DNA of 31,953 nucleotides from Candidatus Micrarchaeota archaeon (GTDB lineage Archaea > Micrarchaeota > Micrarchaeia > Micrarchaeales > CABMGC01): contig DAHVMJ010000009.1 of assembly GCA_027319905.1 (NCBI GenBank), positions 1 through 31,953 of the forward strand, written 5' to 3'. The translations under genes were made by a program, and so were the position numbers. Of this stretch, positions 17,308 through 26,110 are shown in pieces. Within the stretch, counting starts at the first letter, position 1; each line of letters begins with the position of its first letter. The notes beneath the pieces were generated by a model. The model worked only from the letters and a program-made list of their open reading frames with translations, did no database searches and was not told the origin of the DNA.

Positions 17308-17355
17308 GTGTTATTTCACCTATAAAGGCATAAGAACATTGGCGATATCTGCACC

Positions 17356-18393
17356 TTACTTTTTCTTTCCTTCCTTTCTCTTTATCGTGAGCTTTACCGA
17401 GCCGGTGCCCAGCGGTATCTGCTTGCCTACAAGTATGTTCTCGGTGACGCCGCGCATGTAGTCGATCTGGCCGAACGCAGCCGCGTTGATCAGGTGCTTG
17501 ACCGTTTCCTCGAATGCTGCCTTGGCGAACACCGACTCCTTCCTGCCCACCAGTCCGTGCCTGCCTATGCTCTGTATCGTACCGTCCGCGGTCATCGCGT
17601 CTGCTATCAGGCTTATGTGCCTGTCGTTGACCGATATGTCCTGGTCTTCAAGCGTCTTCTTCAGTTCGAGAACAAGCGTGTTTCTCGCCGCCTCTATCCC
17701 GAACACCCTGTAGGTGGCAAAGAGGTCGTTGGTGTATATCCTGCTTGCGTCCACGCCCTCAACCTGCATCACGGGCTCTATGTTGCTGCCAGCGCTCTCT
17801 ATGTAGAACTCGCCGTCCTTTGCCTGAGTGACCATCGCCCTTCCCGCTCCCTCTATGCCGTTGACTATCGACCTTGTTGCCTTAACGGTTATCGCGCGCA
17901 CCTCCTTCAGGTTCTTCGTGTGTGTGCTCACTATGATGTTCCCGTGCTCGCCGACCCTTGCCTCGACGCCCAGCTCCTTCCCGAGCCTGGCCGCCACCTG
18001 TCTTGCCGTGAGATCCATGGCCTGCATCGACTGCGCGTTGAGTATTATGAGTATCTTGCCCTTTGAGAAGTTCTCCACCGCTCTTCGCATCACGCTGCCC
18101 ATCTTTATCTCGCTTATCTTATTTGCTATCTCGTCCGCTTTTGCAAAACTCTTGGCGTAGCTCTCCTTCAGATAGACACGCATTATGGGCGATGACGGCA
18201 CCTTCTTCGCGTCGAGCAGCTCTATTATCCTTGGCAGGCCAGAAGTCGCTATCGCTGTTGCCGCGGCGCCTACCATGTGGAACGTTCTCAGCACCATCTG
18301 CGTGCCAGGCTCTCCGAGCGACTGCGCGGCTATCACTCCCACAGGCTCTCCGGCCTGAACGCTGCTATCGTACTCTTGCTTTGCCATCTTCAT
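17356..18393 (-). CDS. rpoA2: RNA polymerase subunit A'' (Rpo1C)
   Basis: GEPVGVIAAQSLGEPGTQM.LRTFH, GLPRIIE, FGIEAAR, RHISLIADAMT, AAFEET, GVTENILVG. Confidence 0.97.
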   Translation of the reverse strand: MKMAKQEYDSSVQAGEPVGVIAAQSLGEPGTQMVLRTFHMVGAAATAIATSGLPRIIELLDAKKVPSSPIMRVYLKESYAKSFAKADEIANKISEIKMGSVMRRAVENFSKGKILIILNAQSMQAMDLTARQVAARLGKELGVEARVGEHGNIIVSTHTKNLKEVRAITVKATRSIVNGIEGAGRAMVTQAKDGEFYIESAGSNIEPVMQVEGVDASRIYTNDLFATYRVFGIEAARNTLVLELKKTLEDQDISVNDRHISLIADAMTADGTIQSIGRHGLVGRKESVFAKAAFEETVKHLINAAAFGQIDYMRGVTENILVGKQIPLGTGSVKLTIKRKEGKKK

Positions 18394-20945
18394 TCCTTCT
18401 TCTGCTTTGAGAACTCAACCTTTGTCGGGTCTATCGCGTCCCCGCCGTATATCGTCTCGATCACGTTGTTGTTCACGTCGCGCACGCTGTTGTCGTGCAG
18501 CACGTAGTAGTCCTGGAGTGCGTTCGCAAGCCTCCTCTGCAGGTAACCGCTCCTCTGTGTCAGCAGACCCTTCTGTATGACCGTGCCTCTCCCTCCCACA
18601 GCATGCATGATCATCTCTATGGGCGTAAGTCCGTCGACGAAGCCGTTCGAGACGAAGCCGTGGGCCCCTGAGCTGCTATCGTTCTTGGCTATGTGTGGCA
18701 CGACCCTGTTGGTGTAGTAGCCACGCTTTATCCTGCCTCCCTCCCTTGTCGCCTGCTGTCCCAGGAACATGCTCATCTGTTCCATGTTGAGTATGTTAGC
18801 CCTCGCCCCGGAGTTTGCCATGAGCATTGCGAAGTTGCTCTCATCTGTGTTTTTGTTTAGCATCTGTATGGCCTTGCCTCTCGCAAGGTCAAGCTCTACC
18901 ATTATCGTCTGCTCGAGCGACTGCCTCAACGTCAGGCCGAGCAGCGGCTCGAGCTTCTTGGACTTGTACTGTTCGATGAGCCCCTTTACCCTGCCCTGCG
19001 TGTCGGCCAGCGTGGATTCCTTGTCCTTCGCCAGCGTCTCGGTGAGCATGTACTCCTTGACGCCTATTGTGACTCCGAAGAGCGTTGTGAACGCGTAAGA
19101 AAGTCTGGACGACTTTGTCAGGAAATCTTGCAGCGCCGCGAAACCGTAGCCCATTACTATGGCAGCGAAGAGCTTGTTGGACCTGCCCTCTCCGTACATC
19201 TTCTTGTCTACCACTCCCTCGACGAGCTCGCCGTCCTTTATCACGAACTTCCCGTTGCCCTGAGGCACCTCGAAGTCCAGTCCCTTCGGCAGAAGCATTG
19301 AGAAGACGCTTTTGCCGCTGTACATTCCGTTCTTCGAATGCTTCGGCAACTCTCTTATGCCAGCGGTGCTGAGCAGATGCTCTGCGTCCTCTTTGGTCAT
19401 GTAGCTGTCATCCTGGGTAAGCAGGTACGTGCCTATGACACCGTCCCATCCATTTGCTATTATGACCGCGCCGTCCCTTGGAGAGAAAATCTGATTCTGC
19501 ACCGCCATGAGGTACTTTGCCTCCGCCTGCGCCTCCAGCGTTTGCGGAATGTGAAGGTTCATCTCGTCTCCGTCGAAGTCTGCGTTGTACGGAGCGGTGG
19601 CGGGGTATGTGATGCGGAATGTCTTGCCCGGAAGCACCTTGACCCTGTGGGCCATTATGCTGATCCTGTGCAGCGACGGCTGCCTGTTGAAGAGCGCTAT
19701 GTCCCCGTCGCGCAGCTGTCTCTCTAGTATGTACCCCGGCTTCAGCTCCTTGATCAGCTCTTCCTTGTTTGTGTCGAGTATTCGCTTGCGCTTCCCGTCG
19801 AGAGCGACCACGTTGAGCACCATCGGGTACTCGTTGCGTTCCAGCAGCTTCTTCGCCGCCTCGAGGTTCCACTCGGTCACGTAGAAGGGCACGGTGAGCT
19901 TCTCAGCTATCGCCGATGGCACGCCCACCTCGTCTATGTCTATGGCCGGGTCCACGCTTATCACTGTTCTCGCCGAGTAGTTTACCCTCTTTCCAGAGAG
20001 GTTGTACCTGAAACGCCCCTCCTTGCCCTTGAGCCTCTGCGCTATCGTCTTGAGAGCCCTTCCGCTCCTGTGCCTCGCGGGCGGTATGCCGCTTGTCTCG
20101 TTGTTGAAGTACGTCGTCACGTGGTACTGAAGCAGCTCCCAGAGGTCGTCGATTATTATCTGCGGGGCGCCAGCATTTATGTTCTGTTCGAGCCTCTGGT
20201 TGATTCGCATTATGTCCACGAGCTTGTGCGTCAGGTCGTCCTCGCTCCTCTCTCCTGTCTCGAGCGTTATGCTCGGCCTCACGTCCACTGGCGGCACGAG
20301 AAGCGCGTTGAGCACCAGCGCTTCTGGCCTGCTCGTTCTCGGGTCAACTCCTATAAGCGTAAGGTCATCGTCGTTTATCTTCGCAAGCATGTCGCGTATC
20401 TCATCTGGTTTGAGCCTTCGTTCTCCGAGATAGAAGTAAGTGGGCATGGAGAACTTGAGCTTCTCCTGCACCGTCTGGCAGTGCGGGCATTTCTTGACGC
20501 TCTTCAGCTTCTTCAACATCGCCTGCTCTGCGTGCTTGTCGCTCGCCAGGTCTCCTGCGGCGACCTCCGACTCGATCTCCTTTGACATCGCCTCCTTGAA
20601 AATCCCTATCTGCTCGTTGTTGAGAAGTATGCGGTGGCACTTCTGGCACGTGGCCTGAAGGAGCATGTTGATTATCTTCGCGAACTCTGAGTGGATGACA
20701 GGGCGTACCAGCTCTATGTGGCCGAAGTGGCCGGGGCATGTCTTCGCTCTTCCTCCGCATGTCTTGCACACCAGCCCGGGGTCTATGACACCGAGCCTCT
20801 GGTCGAGCAGGCCGCCGTCTATCGGGTAGCCGTCCTCGTTGTACGTGTCTGGCACAGTGAGCTTCGCCACGCTCAGCTTCTTGATCTGGTCCTGGGAGAA
20901 GATCCCGAACTTTATCTGTTTGATTACTTCTGCTTGCATGCTCAT
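18390..20945 (-). CDS. rpoA1: RNA polymerase subunit A' (Rpo1N)
   Basis: CPGHFGHIEL, GKEGRFRYNLSGKRV, FNRQPSLH, YNADFDGDEMN. Confidence 0.98.
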   Translation of the reverse strand: MSMQAEVIKQIKFGIFSQDQIKKLSVAKLTVPDTYNEDGYPIDGGLLDQRLGVIDPGLVCKTCGGRAKTCPGHFGHIELVRPVIHSEFAKIINMLLQATCQKCHRILLNNEQIGIFKEAMSKEIESEVAAGDLASDKHAEQAMLKKLKSVKKCPHCQTVQEKLKFSMPTYFYLGERRLKPDEIRDMLAKINDDDLTLIGVDPRTSRPEALVLNALLVPPVDVRPSITLETGERSEDDLTHKLVDIMRINQRLEQNINAGAPQIIIDDLWELLQYHVTTYFNNETSGIPPARHRSGRALKTIAQRLKGKEGRFRYNLSGKRVNYSARTVISVDPAIDIDEVGVPSAIAEKLTVPFYVTEWNLEAAKKLLERNEYPMVLNVVALDGKRKRILDTNKEELIKELKPGYILERQLRDGDIALFNRQPSLHRISIMAHRVKVLPGKTFRITYPATAPYNADFDGDEMNLHIPQTLEAQAEAKYLMAVQNQIFSPRDGAVIIANGWDGVIGTYLLTQDDSYMTKEDAEHLLSTAGIRELPKHSKNGMYSGKSVFSMLLPKGLDFEVPQGNGKFVIKDGELVEGVVDKKMYGEGRSNKLFAAIVMGYGFAALQDFLTKSSRLSYAFTTLFGVTIGVKEYMLTETLAKDKESTLADTQGRVKGLIEQYKSKKLEPLLGLTLRQSLEQTIMVELDLARGKAIQMLNKNTDESNFAMLMANSGARANILNMEQMSMFLGQQATREGGRIKRGYYTNRVVPHIAKNDSSSGAHGFVSNGFVDGLTPIEMIMHAVGGRGTVIQKGLLTQRSGYLQRRLANALQDYYVLHDNSVRDVNNNVIETIYGGDAIDPTKVEFSKQKKE

Positions 20946-22771
20946 TCCTCCATTCCCACCTGCGGCCTTATGTGCAGGCTCTTTATCTCGTCAAGCAGCA
21001 GCTTGAACGCGTAGCTGATCTCCACCTCGGCGAGCTTGTTGCTGTTGCAGAGCGGGCACACTTCGACGCGCTTGGCGTAGTCCCTGTACCCTATGCTCCC
21101 GCATTCCTTGCAGATCAGTACTGTTGCCTTGTCGCTCTGGTCGAGCATTCGCTCCTTGAGCAAGAGGCTCGCTCCGTATGCAACGAGCACGTCACGTTCC
21201 ATCTCTCCGAACCTGAGGCCTCCGAGTCTCGCCTTCCCTTCGGTCGGCTGATGCGTGAGTATCTGCACCGTGCCCCTCGACCTTACCTGCATCTTGTTGC
21301 TGACCATGTGGTGAAGCCTGTTGTAGTAAACTATGCCCTGGAATATCTTCGACTTGAAAGGCTTGCCCGTTATGCCGTCGTAGAGCACCTCATCTCCGTA
21401 TCCATTGAATCCGTGCGCCTCAAGTATCTTTGAGTAATCGTCAATCCTCTCCGTGCCCTTCTCAGAGAAGGCTGTCCCGTCGCTCCTCGTTCCCTTCATT
21501 GCCGATGCCTTCGCTCCCAAAGTTTCGAGCAGGTGACCGAAGGTCATTCTCGCTGGTATGCTGTGGGGATTGAACATTAGGTCCGGCACGACTCCCTGTT
21601 CGGTAAACGGCATATCCTCGTGCGGAACGACGAGCGCGACGACGCCCTTCTGCCCGTGTCTGCTTCCGAACTTGTCGCCGGCCTCCGGCACCCTGAGACT
21701 TCTGACCCTCACCTTCACGGTTCGCGTCGCCCCAGGTGATTCTGTGAATATGACATCATCAACAACCCCGTTCTCTCCGGGCTTGAGCACGACAGAATCG
21801 TCCCTTGTCTTCTCCTCGAGACCGCCAGCGCCTATGCTCTCCTCGAGGAATCTCGGAGGGGCTACCTTGCCTATCAGAACATCGCCCTCGATCACTCCCA
21901 TCTCAGGCTCTATCACGCCGTCGTCGCTCAGTTTCGAGTATGCGTGCTCGCCCAGATACCCTTCTGTCGTGGCGGGCGGCACCTTGACCATGTCTTTCTG
22001 TCCTCCAGGGTATCTCCTCTCCTCATCTGCATAGGTTTTGTAGAACATGCTTCTTGCAAGTCCCCTGTCCACCGCCGCCTTGTTGAGCACCACGGCATCC
22101 TGCATGTTGTAGCCGTAGTACGTGGATGTGGCGACAACGAAGTTCTGCCCGGCTGCATGCTTGCCTAGCTTGAGCGTCTCGTATGCGGTGGTCGTGACCA
22201 TCGGCACCTGGGGATAGAAGAGTATGAACGCCCTGGACTCGAATCTCAGGTTGAAGTTGGTGGCGTAGAGGCCCTGGGCCTGCTTTATGTAGCTGGCGAA
22301 CATCAGGTGTCGCGGTGCGCTGTTCATCTCAGGGAACGGCGCCGTGTTGACTGTTATCCCGAATATCGACACGGGATCGACCTCGAGGTGCGTGGACCTG
22401 TCAGTTATGTCGGCTTCTGTCATCGCCACGAGCGCGTTCTCCTCTTCTTCGGCATCGAGGAACTCGACTATTCCGTTCCTTATCAGGTAGCCGAAGTCAA
22501 CCTCCTTCTTCTCCATCTTCTCTGCTATCTCCTTTGTCAGCTTTGACTTGCCGCCCTCGACTATTATGTAAGGCTTCCTGACCCTGCCGCGGTCTGTGTT
22601 TATGTGAACCTCGTTCAGTTTCTCCATGTAGGCGACGTTAATCTCGCCTGAGAATATGCCTTTGCGCCTTGCGTTTCTGACCTCACCTACGTAGGCGATC
22701 GGATCTGCTACATAGCCTATGGCTCTTCCGTTGAGGTGCACGTAGCATTTCTCGGTTATCTTCCTGGCCAT
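20942..22771 (-). CDS. rpoB1: RNA polymerase subunit B' (Rpo2C)
   Basis: GDKFGSRHGQKG, DMPFT, NPHSIPARMT, GGLRFGEMERD, C-terminal zinc ribbon. Confidence 0.97.
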   Translation of the reverse strand: MARKITEKCYVHLNGRAIGYVADPIAYVGEVRNARRKGIFSGEINVAYMEKLNEVHINTDRGRVRKPYIIVEGGKSKLTKEIAEKMEKKEVDFGYLIRNGIVEFLDAEEEENALVAMTEADITDRSTHLEVDPVSIFGITVNTAPFPEMNSAPRHLMFASYIKQAQGLYATNFNLRFESRAFILFYPQVPMVTTTAYETLKLGKHAAGQNFVVATSTYYGYNMQDAVVLNKAAVDRGLARSMFYKTYADEERRYPGGQKDMVKVPPATTEGYLGEHAYSKLSDDGVIEPEMGVIEGDVLIGKVAPPRFLEESIGAGGLEEKTRDDSVVLKPGENGVVDDVIFTESPGATRTVKVRVRSLRVPEAGDKFGSRHGQKGVVALVVPHEDMPFTEQGVVPDLMFNPHSIPARMTFGHLLETLGAKASAMKGTRSDGTAFSEKGTERIDDYSKILEAHGFNGYGDEVLYDGITGKPFKSKIFQGIVYYNRLHHMVSNKMQVRSRGTVQILTHQPTEGKARLGGLRFGEMERDVLVAYGASLLLKERMLDQSDKATVLICKECGSIGYRDYAKRVEVCPLCNSNKLAEVEISYAFKLLLDEIKSLHIRPQVGMEE

Positions 22772-22773
22772 GG

Positions 22774-24249
22774 TCAATCCTCCTCTATCTTGCCCAGCTC
22801 CCTGAGCTTGCCCTCGATGAGCTTCTCCTCCGCACCCACGCTCACCTTAGCCATTATGGCGAGGTACTTGGTTAGCCCGACGTCAAGCCCTTCCGGCGTT
22901 TCAGAAAGGCAGATCTTGCCCCACTGCGTGCCGTGCACCTCCCTGGCGTTGAAGTGCGGATGCTTCTTTGCAAGCGGCGACTTCACTCGCCTCAGGTTCG
23001 TGTACGTGCTGACCAGGTTCGTACGGTCGAGCACCTGGGACACTCCTGTCTGGCCAGCGACCCATGTTCCGGTTCCCATCGCATAGCTTATCTTCTCGGT
23101 TATCGTCTCAGGGCTTATTATCGTGGGTATGCTGAGCTTCCTTCCGCGCGCGCTCGCCCTCTCTATCTGGTACTTAACATCCTTGACAAAGAACCTGAAC
23201 GCGTAGGCAAAGAGCTCCTCCATGAGCTGGCCCGCGTACTTGACGCGCTTGTTGGAATAGTGGTCCTTGTCGTCTTGGGGCGCGAGCCTGTTGGCGACTA
23301 TGCTCGTGCGTCTGGCCATCTGGAGTATGTATCTGCCCTTGGCCTTCCTGTCCTCGGGCTTTGTGCCTATGTGAGGCAGCAGGTACGTGTCGATCTGAGT
23401 CTCTGCGCGCTTCATCTGATATTCCTTCGCCTGCCCCGGAGCCGAGAGCTTACCCATTTCGAGCAGCGCGTCGCTTGGGCCCATGTCCTTGATCTCGCCT
23501 ATCTCGGTGTTGAGCAGCATGTCGTTCTTGTACTGCTGTATGTCGCTGGCCGAGTCGAGCATGTCGCTCAGCTGCATGCCCAGTGCGCGCAGCACCAGCA
23601 CCATGCCGATGGCCTTGTGCAGCGTCGGAAACTCCACGCTGAATATTCCGTTCTGGTTCCTCGACACCACGGTGCGTGCCCTGAACCCAGGGGCCGTGGA
23701 GAAGACCTTGCTCGTGGTCTCTGCCCCTCCCTTCTCCTTGCTCGTTATTATCCTGTTGGGGGCGAGGTCCTCAAGGCCGATGAGCACACGCTCTGTGCCC
23801 TTGATTATGAAGTATCCACCAGGGTCATCCGGATCCTCCCCGTTCTCTATGAGCTGGTTCTTGGTAAGGGTGCGGAAGTGGCAGAGGTTGCTCCTCACCA
23901 CTATCGGCAGCTCGCCTACGAACACCTCTCCGTAGCTTGCCTCCTTCTCTATGCCTCTTATGACAGGCACGAACTCGAGGAACATGGGAGATGAGTAGGT
24001 GAGGTTCCTGAGTCTTGCCTCGTTCGGAAGTATGCTTCGCCTTGAGCTGTCGGCTTCTATCACAGAGGGCTTGTCAAGTCTTATCTTGCCCAACTTCAGC
24101 GAGAACCCCTCGACGCTTGGCTCGATAACCGCCTGCTGGTCTATTATCTTCTGTATGTCCTGCTCTGCGAAGCGGTTGAAACTATCTATCTGGTGCTGTA
24201 CCAGAGAGTTGGAACTCAGGTAGGATTCCAATATTGTGTTCCTTCTCAT
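22774..24249 (-). CDS. rpoB2: RNA polymerase subunit B'' (Rpo2N)
   Basis: QIDSFNRF, PNEARLRNLTYS, GEDPDDPGGYFII.GTER, DDKDHYSNKR, ETPEG. Confidence 0.97.
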   Translation of the reverse strand: MRRNTILESYLSSNSLVQHQIDSFNRFAEQDIQKIIDQQAVIEPSVEGFSLKLGKIRLDKPSVIEADSSRRSILPNEARLRNLTYSSPMFLEFVPVIRGIEKEASYGEVFVGELPIVVRSNLCHFRTLTKNQLIENGEDPDDPGGYFIIKGTERVLIGLEDLAPNRIITSKEKGGAETTSKVFSTAPGFRARTVVSRNQNGIFSVEFPTLHKAIGMVLVLRALGMQLSDMLDSASDIQQYKNDMLLNTEIGEIKDMGPSDALLEMGKLSAPGQAKEYQMKRAETQIDTYLLPHIGTKPEDRKAKGRYILQMARRTSIVANRLAPQDDKDHYSNKRVKYAGQLMEELFAYAFRFFVKDVKYQIERASARGRKLSIPTIISPETITEKISYAMGTGTWVAGQTGVSQVLDRTNLVSTYTNLRRVKSPLAKKHPHFNAREVHGTQWGKICLSETPEGLDVGLTKYLAIMAKVSVGAEEKLIEGKLRELGKIEED

Positions 24250-24264
24250 TGGATCTTGCCGCGC

Positions 24265-24495
24265 TTATCTCTCGACAACGTGCCTGTAGTACTTGTAGCT
24301 CTTGCCAAAGTCCTCTCTTTCTATCTCTATTATGTCGCCGGCCTTGGCGCCAAGCTTCTTCGCCTGTGGATCGTCAACCAATATCTTGGGCAGGTTGTAA
24401 ACGCTTATGCCGAACGAGGCGAGCATTGAGTTCGCATCGCTGTGGCTAATGACCTTGTGCGTTGGCACGAGCTCGTGTTCCCGTTTGCTCAACAA
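24265..24495 (-). CDS. rpoH: RNA polymerase subunit H (Rpo5)
   Basis: HELVPTH, LPKILVDDP, GDIIEIER, YYRHV. Confidence 0.95.
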   Translation of the reverse strand: MLSKREHELVPTHKVISHSDANSMLASFGISVYNLPKILVDDPQAKKLGAKAGDIIEIEREDFGKSYKYYRHVVER

Positions 24496-24667
24496 TCCAC
24501 CTAAAAGAAGGGTTGCACTAACGTTATCCGGAGTCTAGAGATAGTTATACTGAAGAAAGATTTATATGCCTTCCCTTAAATCGCCGCGAGTGGTATAAAT
24601 AGCTTGCCTGGCAAGGTGTGTTTATTGTTCTGTCCATGAACACAGAACAGAAAGCATCGGGGGAACC

Positions 24668-25315
24668 ATGGAGAGAAAGAGCCCTTCGCAGGCCTCTGTA
24701 AAGAAGGACATAGACAGCCTTGTCAACAACTTCCTCAGCTACGCGATAGCGAAGTCTTCGGCTATAAGGAGATACAACACCTCCAAGGTAATAATAGACC
24801 AGAACGATCTCGAGCATATGGGAGCCGTAACCATGATAGCCATGCTCTTCAGCGACTACTTCAACAAGATAGGAATAAGCAACAATACCGAGAAGGTGAT
24901 GCGCATAGCGATCACGCACGATCTCGACGAAGTTGTTTCCGGAGATCTTCCGCACGACGCTAAGTATGAGCTTGGGGAACACTCAGAGAAGCTGCGCGGC
25001 GTGTTGGAGCAGTTGTCTGAGAGCACAGTCAGGACGATGTACGGAAGAATAAGGCACGAGGACCTGCGCAGGAGATACCTGAACACTTACATGGAGCAGA
25101 GACAGAGGAAGACGATAGAAGCGAAGATAGCCAAACTGGCAGACTACATAGACGCGATCCTCTACTGCAAGAACGAGATAAGAATGGGGAACGGCGACCT
25201 TGGAGTTGTGGTGAACAGTGCCGGTAAGCAGTTTGACAAGATGCTGACAGGCATACTCACGGATTACAAAAACCAGATGGCGCTTGGTTCTGCGCTGTCC
25301 AATCGAAAGGCCTAG
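24668..25315 (+). CDS. HD-domain phosphohydrolase, YfbR/5'-deoxynucleotidase-like
   Basis: IRRY, NDLEH, THDLDEVVSGDLP, EAKIAKLADYIDA. Confidence 0.85.
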   Translation: MERKSPSQASVKKDIDSLVNNFLSYAIAKSSAIRRYNTSKVIIDQNDLEHMGAVTMIAMLFSDYFNKIGISNNTEKVMRIAITHDLDEVVSGDLPHDAKYELGEHSEKLRGVLEQLSESTVRTMYGRIRHEDLRRRYLNTYMEQRQRKTIEAKIAKLADYIDAILYCKNEIRMGNGDLGVVVNSAGKQFDKMLTGILTDYKNQMALGSALSNRKA

Positions 25316-25318
25316 TGC

Positions 25319-25576
25319 TCAGCGTCTCTTGAGAGCCCAGATTATGTCTTCTTTTGTCTGCCCTGTATCGTTCAGTATCCTGCTCATCTCCCCCTGCCCA
25401 AGCTCCTTGATACCGCTGACCGCCACGCCGGTCATGTGCTGACCTCCGTGTTCCTTCATTATGAGGTGGTCGCCGCTCATTCTGACCGGATAGTAGCCCA
25501 ACGAGGTAAGCGCTTTCACCATGTCCTTTCTCGATACGACGAGCCTGCCGTTGCTGTCGTTCCTGAATTTGGGCAT
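25319..25576 (-). CDS. HicA-family mRNA interferase-like protein
   Basis: SRKDMVKALTSLGY..VRMSGDHLIMK...KELGQGEMSRIL..TG matches the HicA dsRBD-like pattern with its catalytic His. It has its own TATA (CTTATATA) about 28 nt upstream. Confidence 0.75.
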   Translation of the reverse strand: MPKFRNDSNGRLVVSRKDMVKALTSLGYYPVRMSGDHLIMKEHGGQHMTGVAVSGIKELGQGEMSRILNDTGQTKEDIIWALKRR

Positions 25577-25603
25577 TGAAATCAGAGATATGAGATTTGG
25601 ACC

Positions 25604-26110
25604 CTATATAAGTTTTGCTTTAGGTTTGTTCCTGAAGTAGGGCCTGGCGACCGAACTTACAAGGTATATGTGCCCCAGCGGATCATTGCGTATCTCGCTT
25701 GCTGAGATGCGGAACGTGGCGCGCTGTTTGTCAACGCATACGTGCTCTGCTCCGAGCTCCTCGGAGAGCCTGTACCCGTAATCCTCAGAGCTGAAGATCG
25801 CGTCGATATGTTCGGGGTGGTTTTGCTTCACCTGCGCGGCCCACATCCTCCAGTACCTAGGATCGCTCTCTGCATAGATGGGTATGAAGTCCCTCACATG
25901 CAGCACACGCGCATCTGGGAAGAGCTCTCGCATCCACGAAGCGCGAGTGTCGCCGTCAATGGGGTGGCTGGGCAGCGAGTAGACGAGTATGGTAAGTTTT
26001 TCGCAACTGGAGAGCGCGTTCTCAATCAGGTACTCGTGGCCTATGTGCGGTGGCATGAACTTGCCCAGCACAAGGCCGTTAACGTATCTCTTCTTCTCCA
26101 CGCCAGCCAT
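25604..26110 (-). CDS. NadR-type NMN adenylyltransferase (HIGH nucleotidyltransferase domain only, no kinase domain)
   Basis: GLVLGKFMPPHIGH, R..WMRELFP, FSSEDYG, VD..R..F.ISASEIR.DP; directly abuts the NAMPT stop (TAA-ATG). Confidence 0.82.
   Translation of the reverse strand: MAGVEKKRYVNGLVLGKFMPPHIGHEYLIENALSSCEKLTILVYSLPSHPIDGDTRASWMRELFPDARVLHVRDFIPIYAESDPRYWRMWAAQVKQNHPEHIDAIFSSEDYGYRLSEELGAEHVCVDKQRATFRISASEIRNDPLGHIYLVSSVARPYFRNKPKAKLI

Noticed and set aside
22933..23994. 353-aa plus-strand ORF and the many other antisense or alternate-frame ORFs (e.g. 27762-28544, 9319-10002, 12867-13487)
   Set aside because: They are shadows of well-supported genes, expected with G/C-rich third codon positions, and have no motifs of their own.
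20942..24249. Split rpoB as a frameshift or pseudogene
   Set aside because: The B''/B' split with these sizes is a known natural arrangement in many archaea, as is A'/A''.
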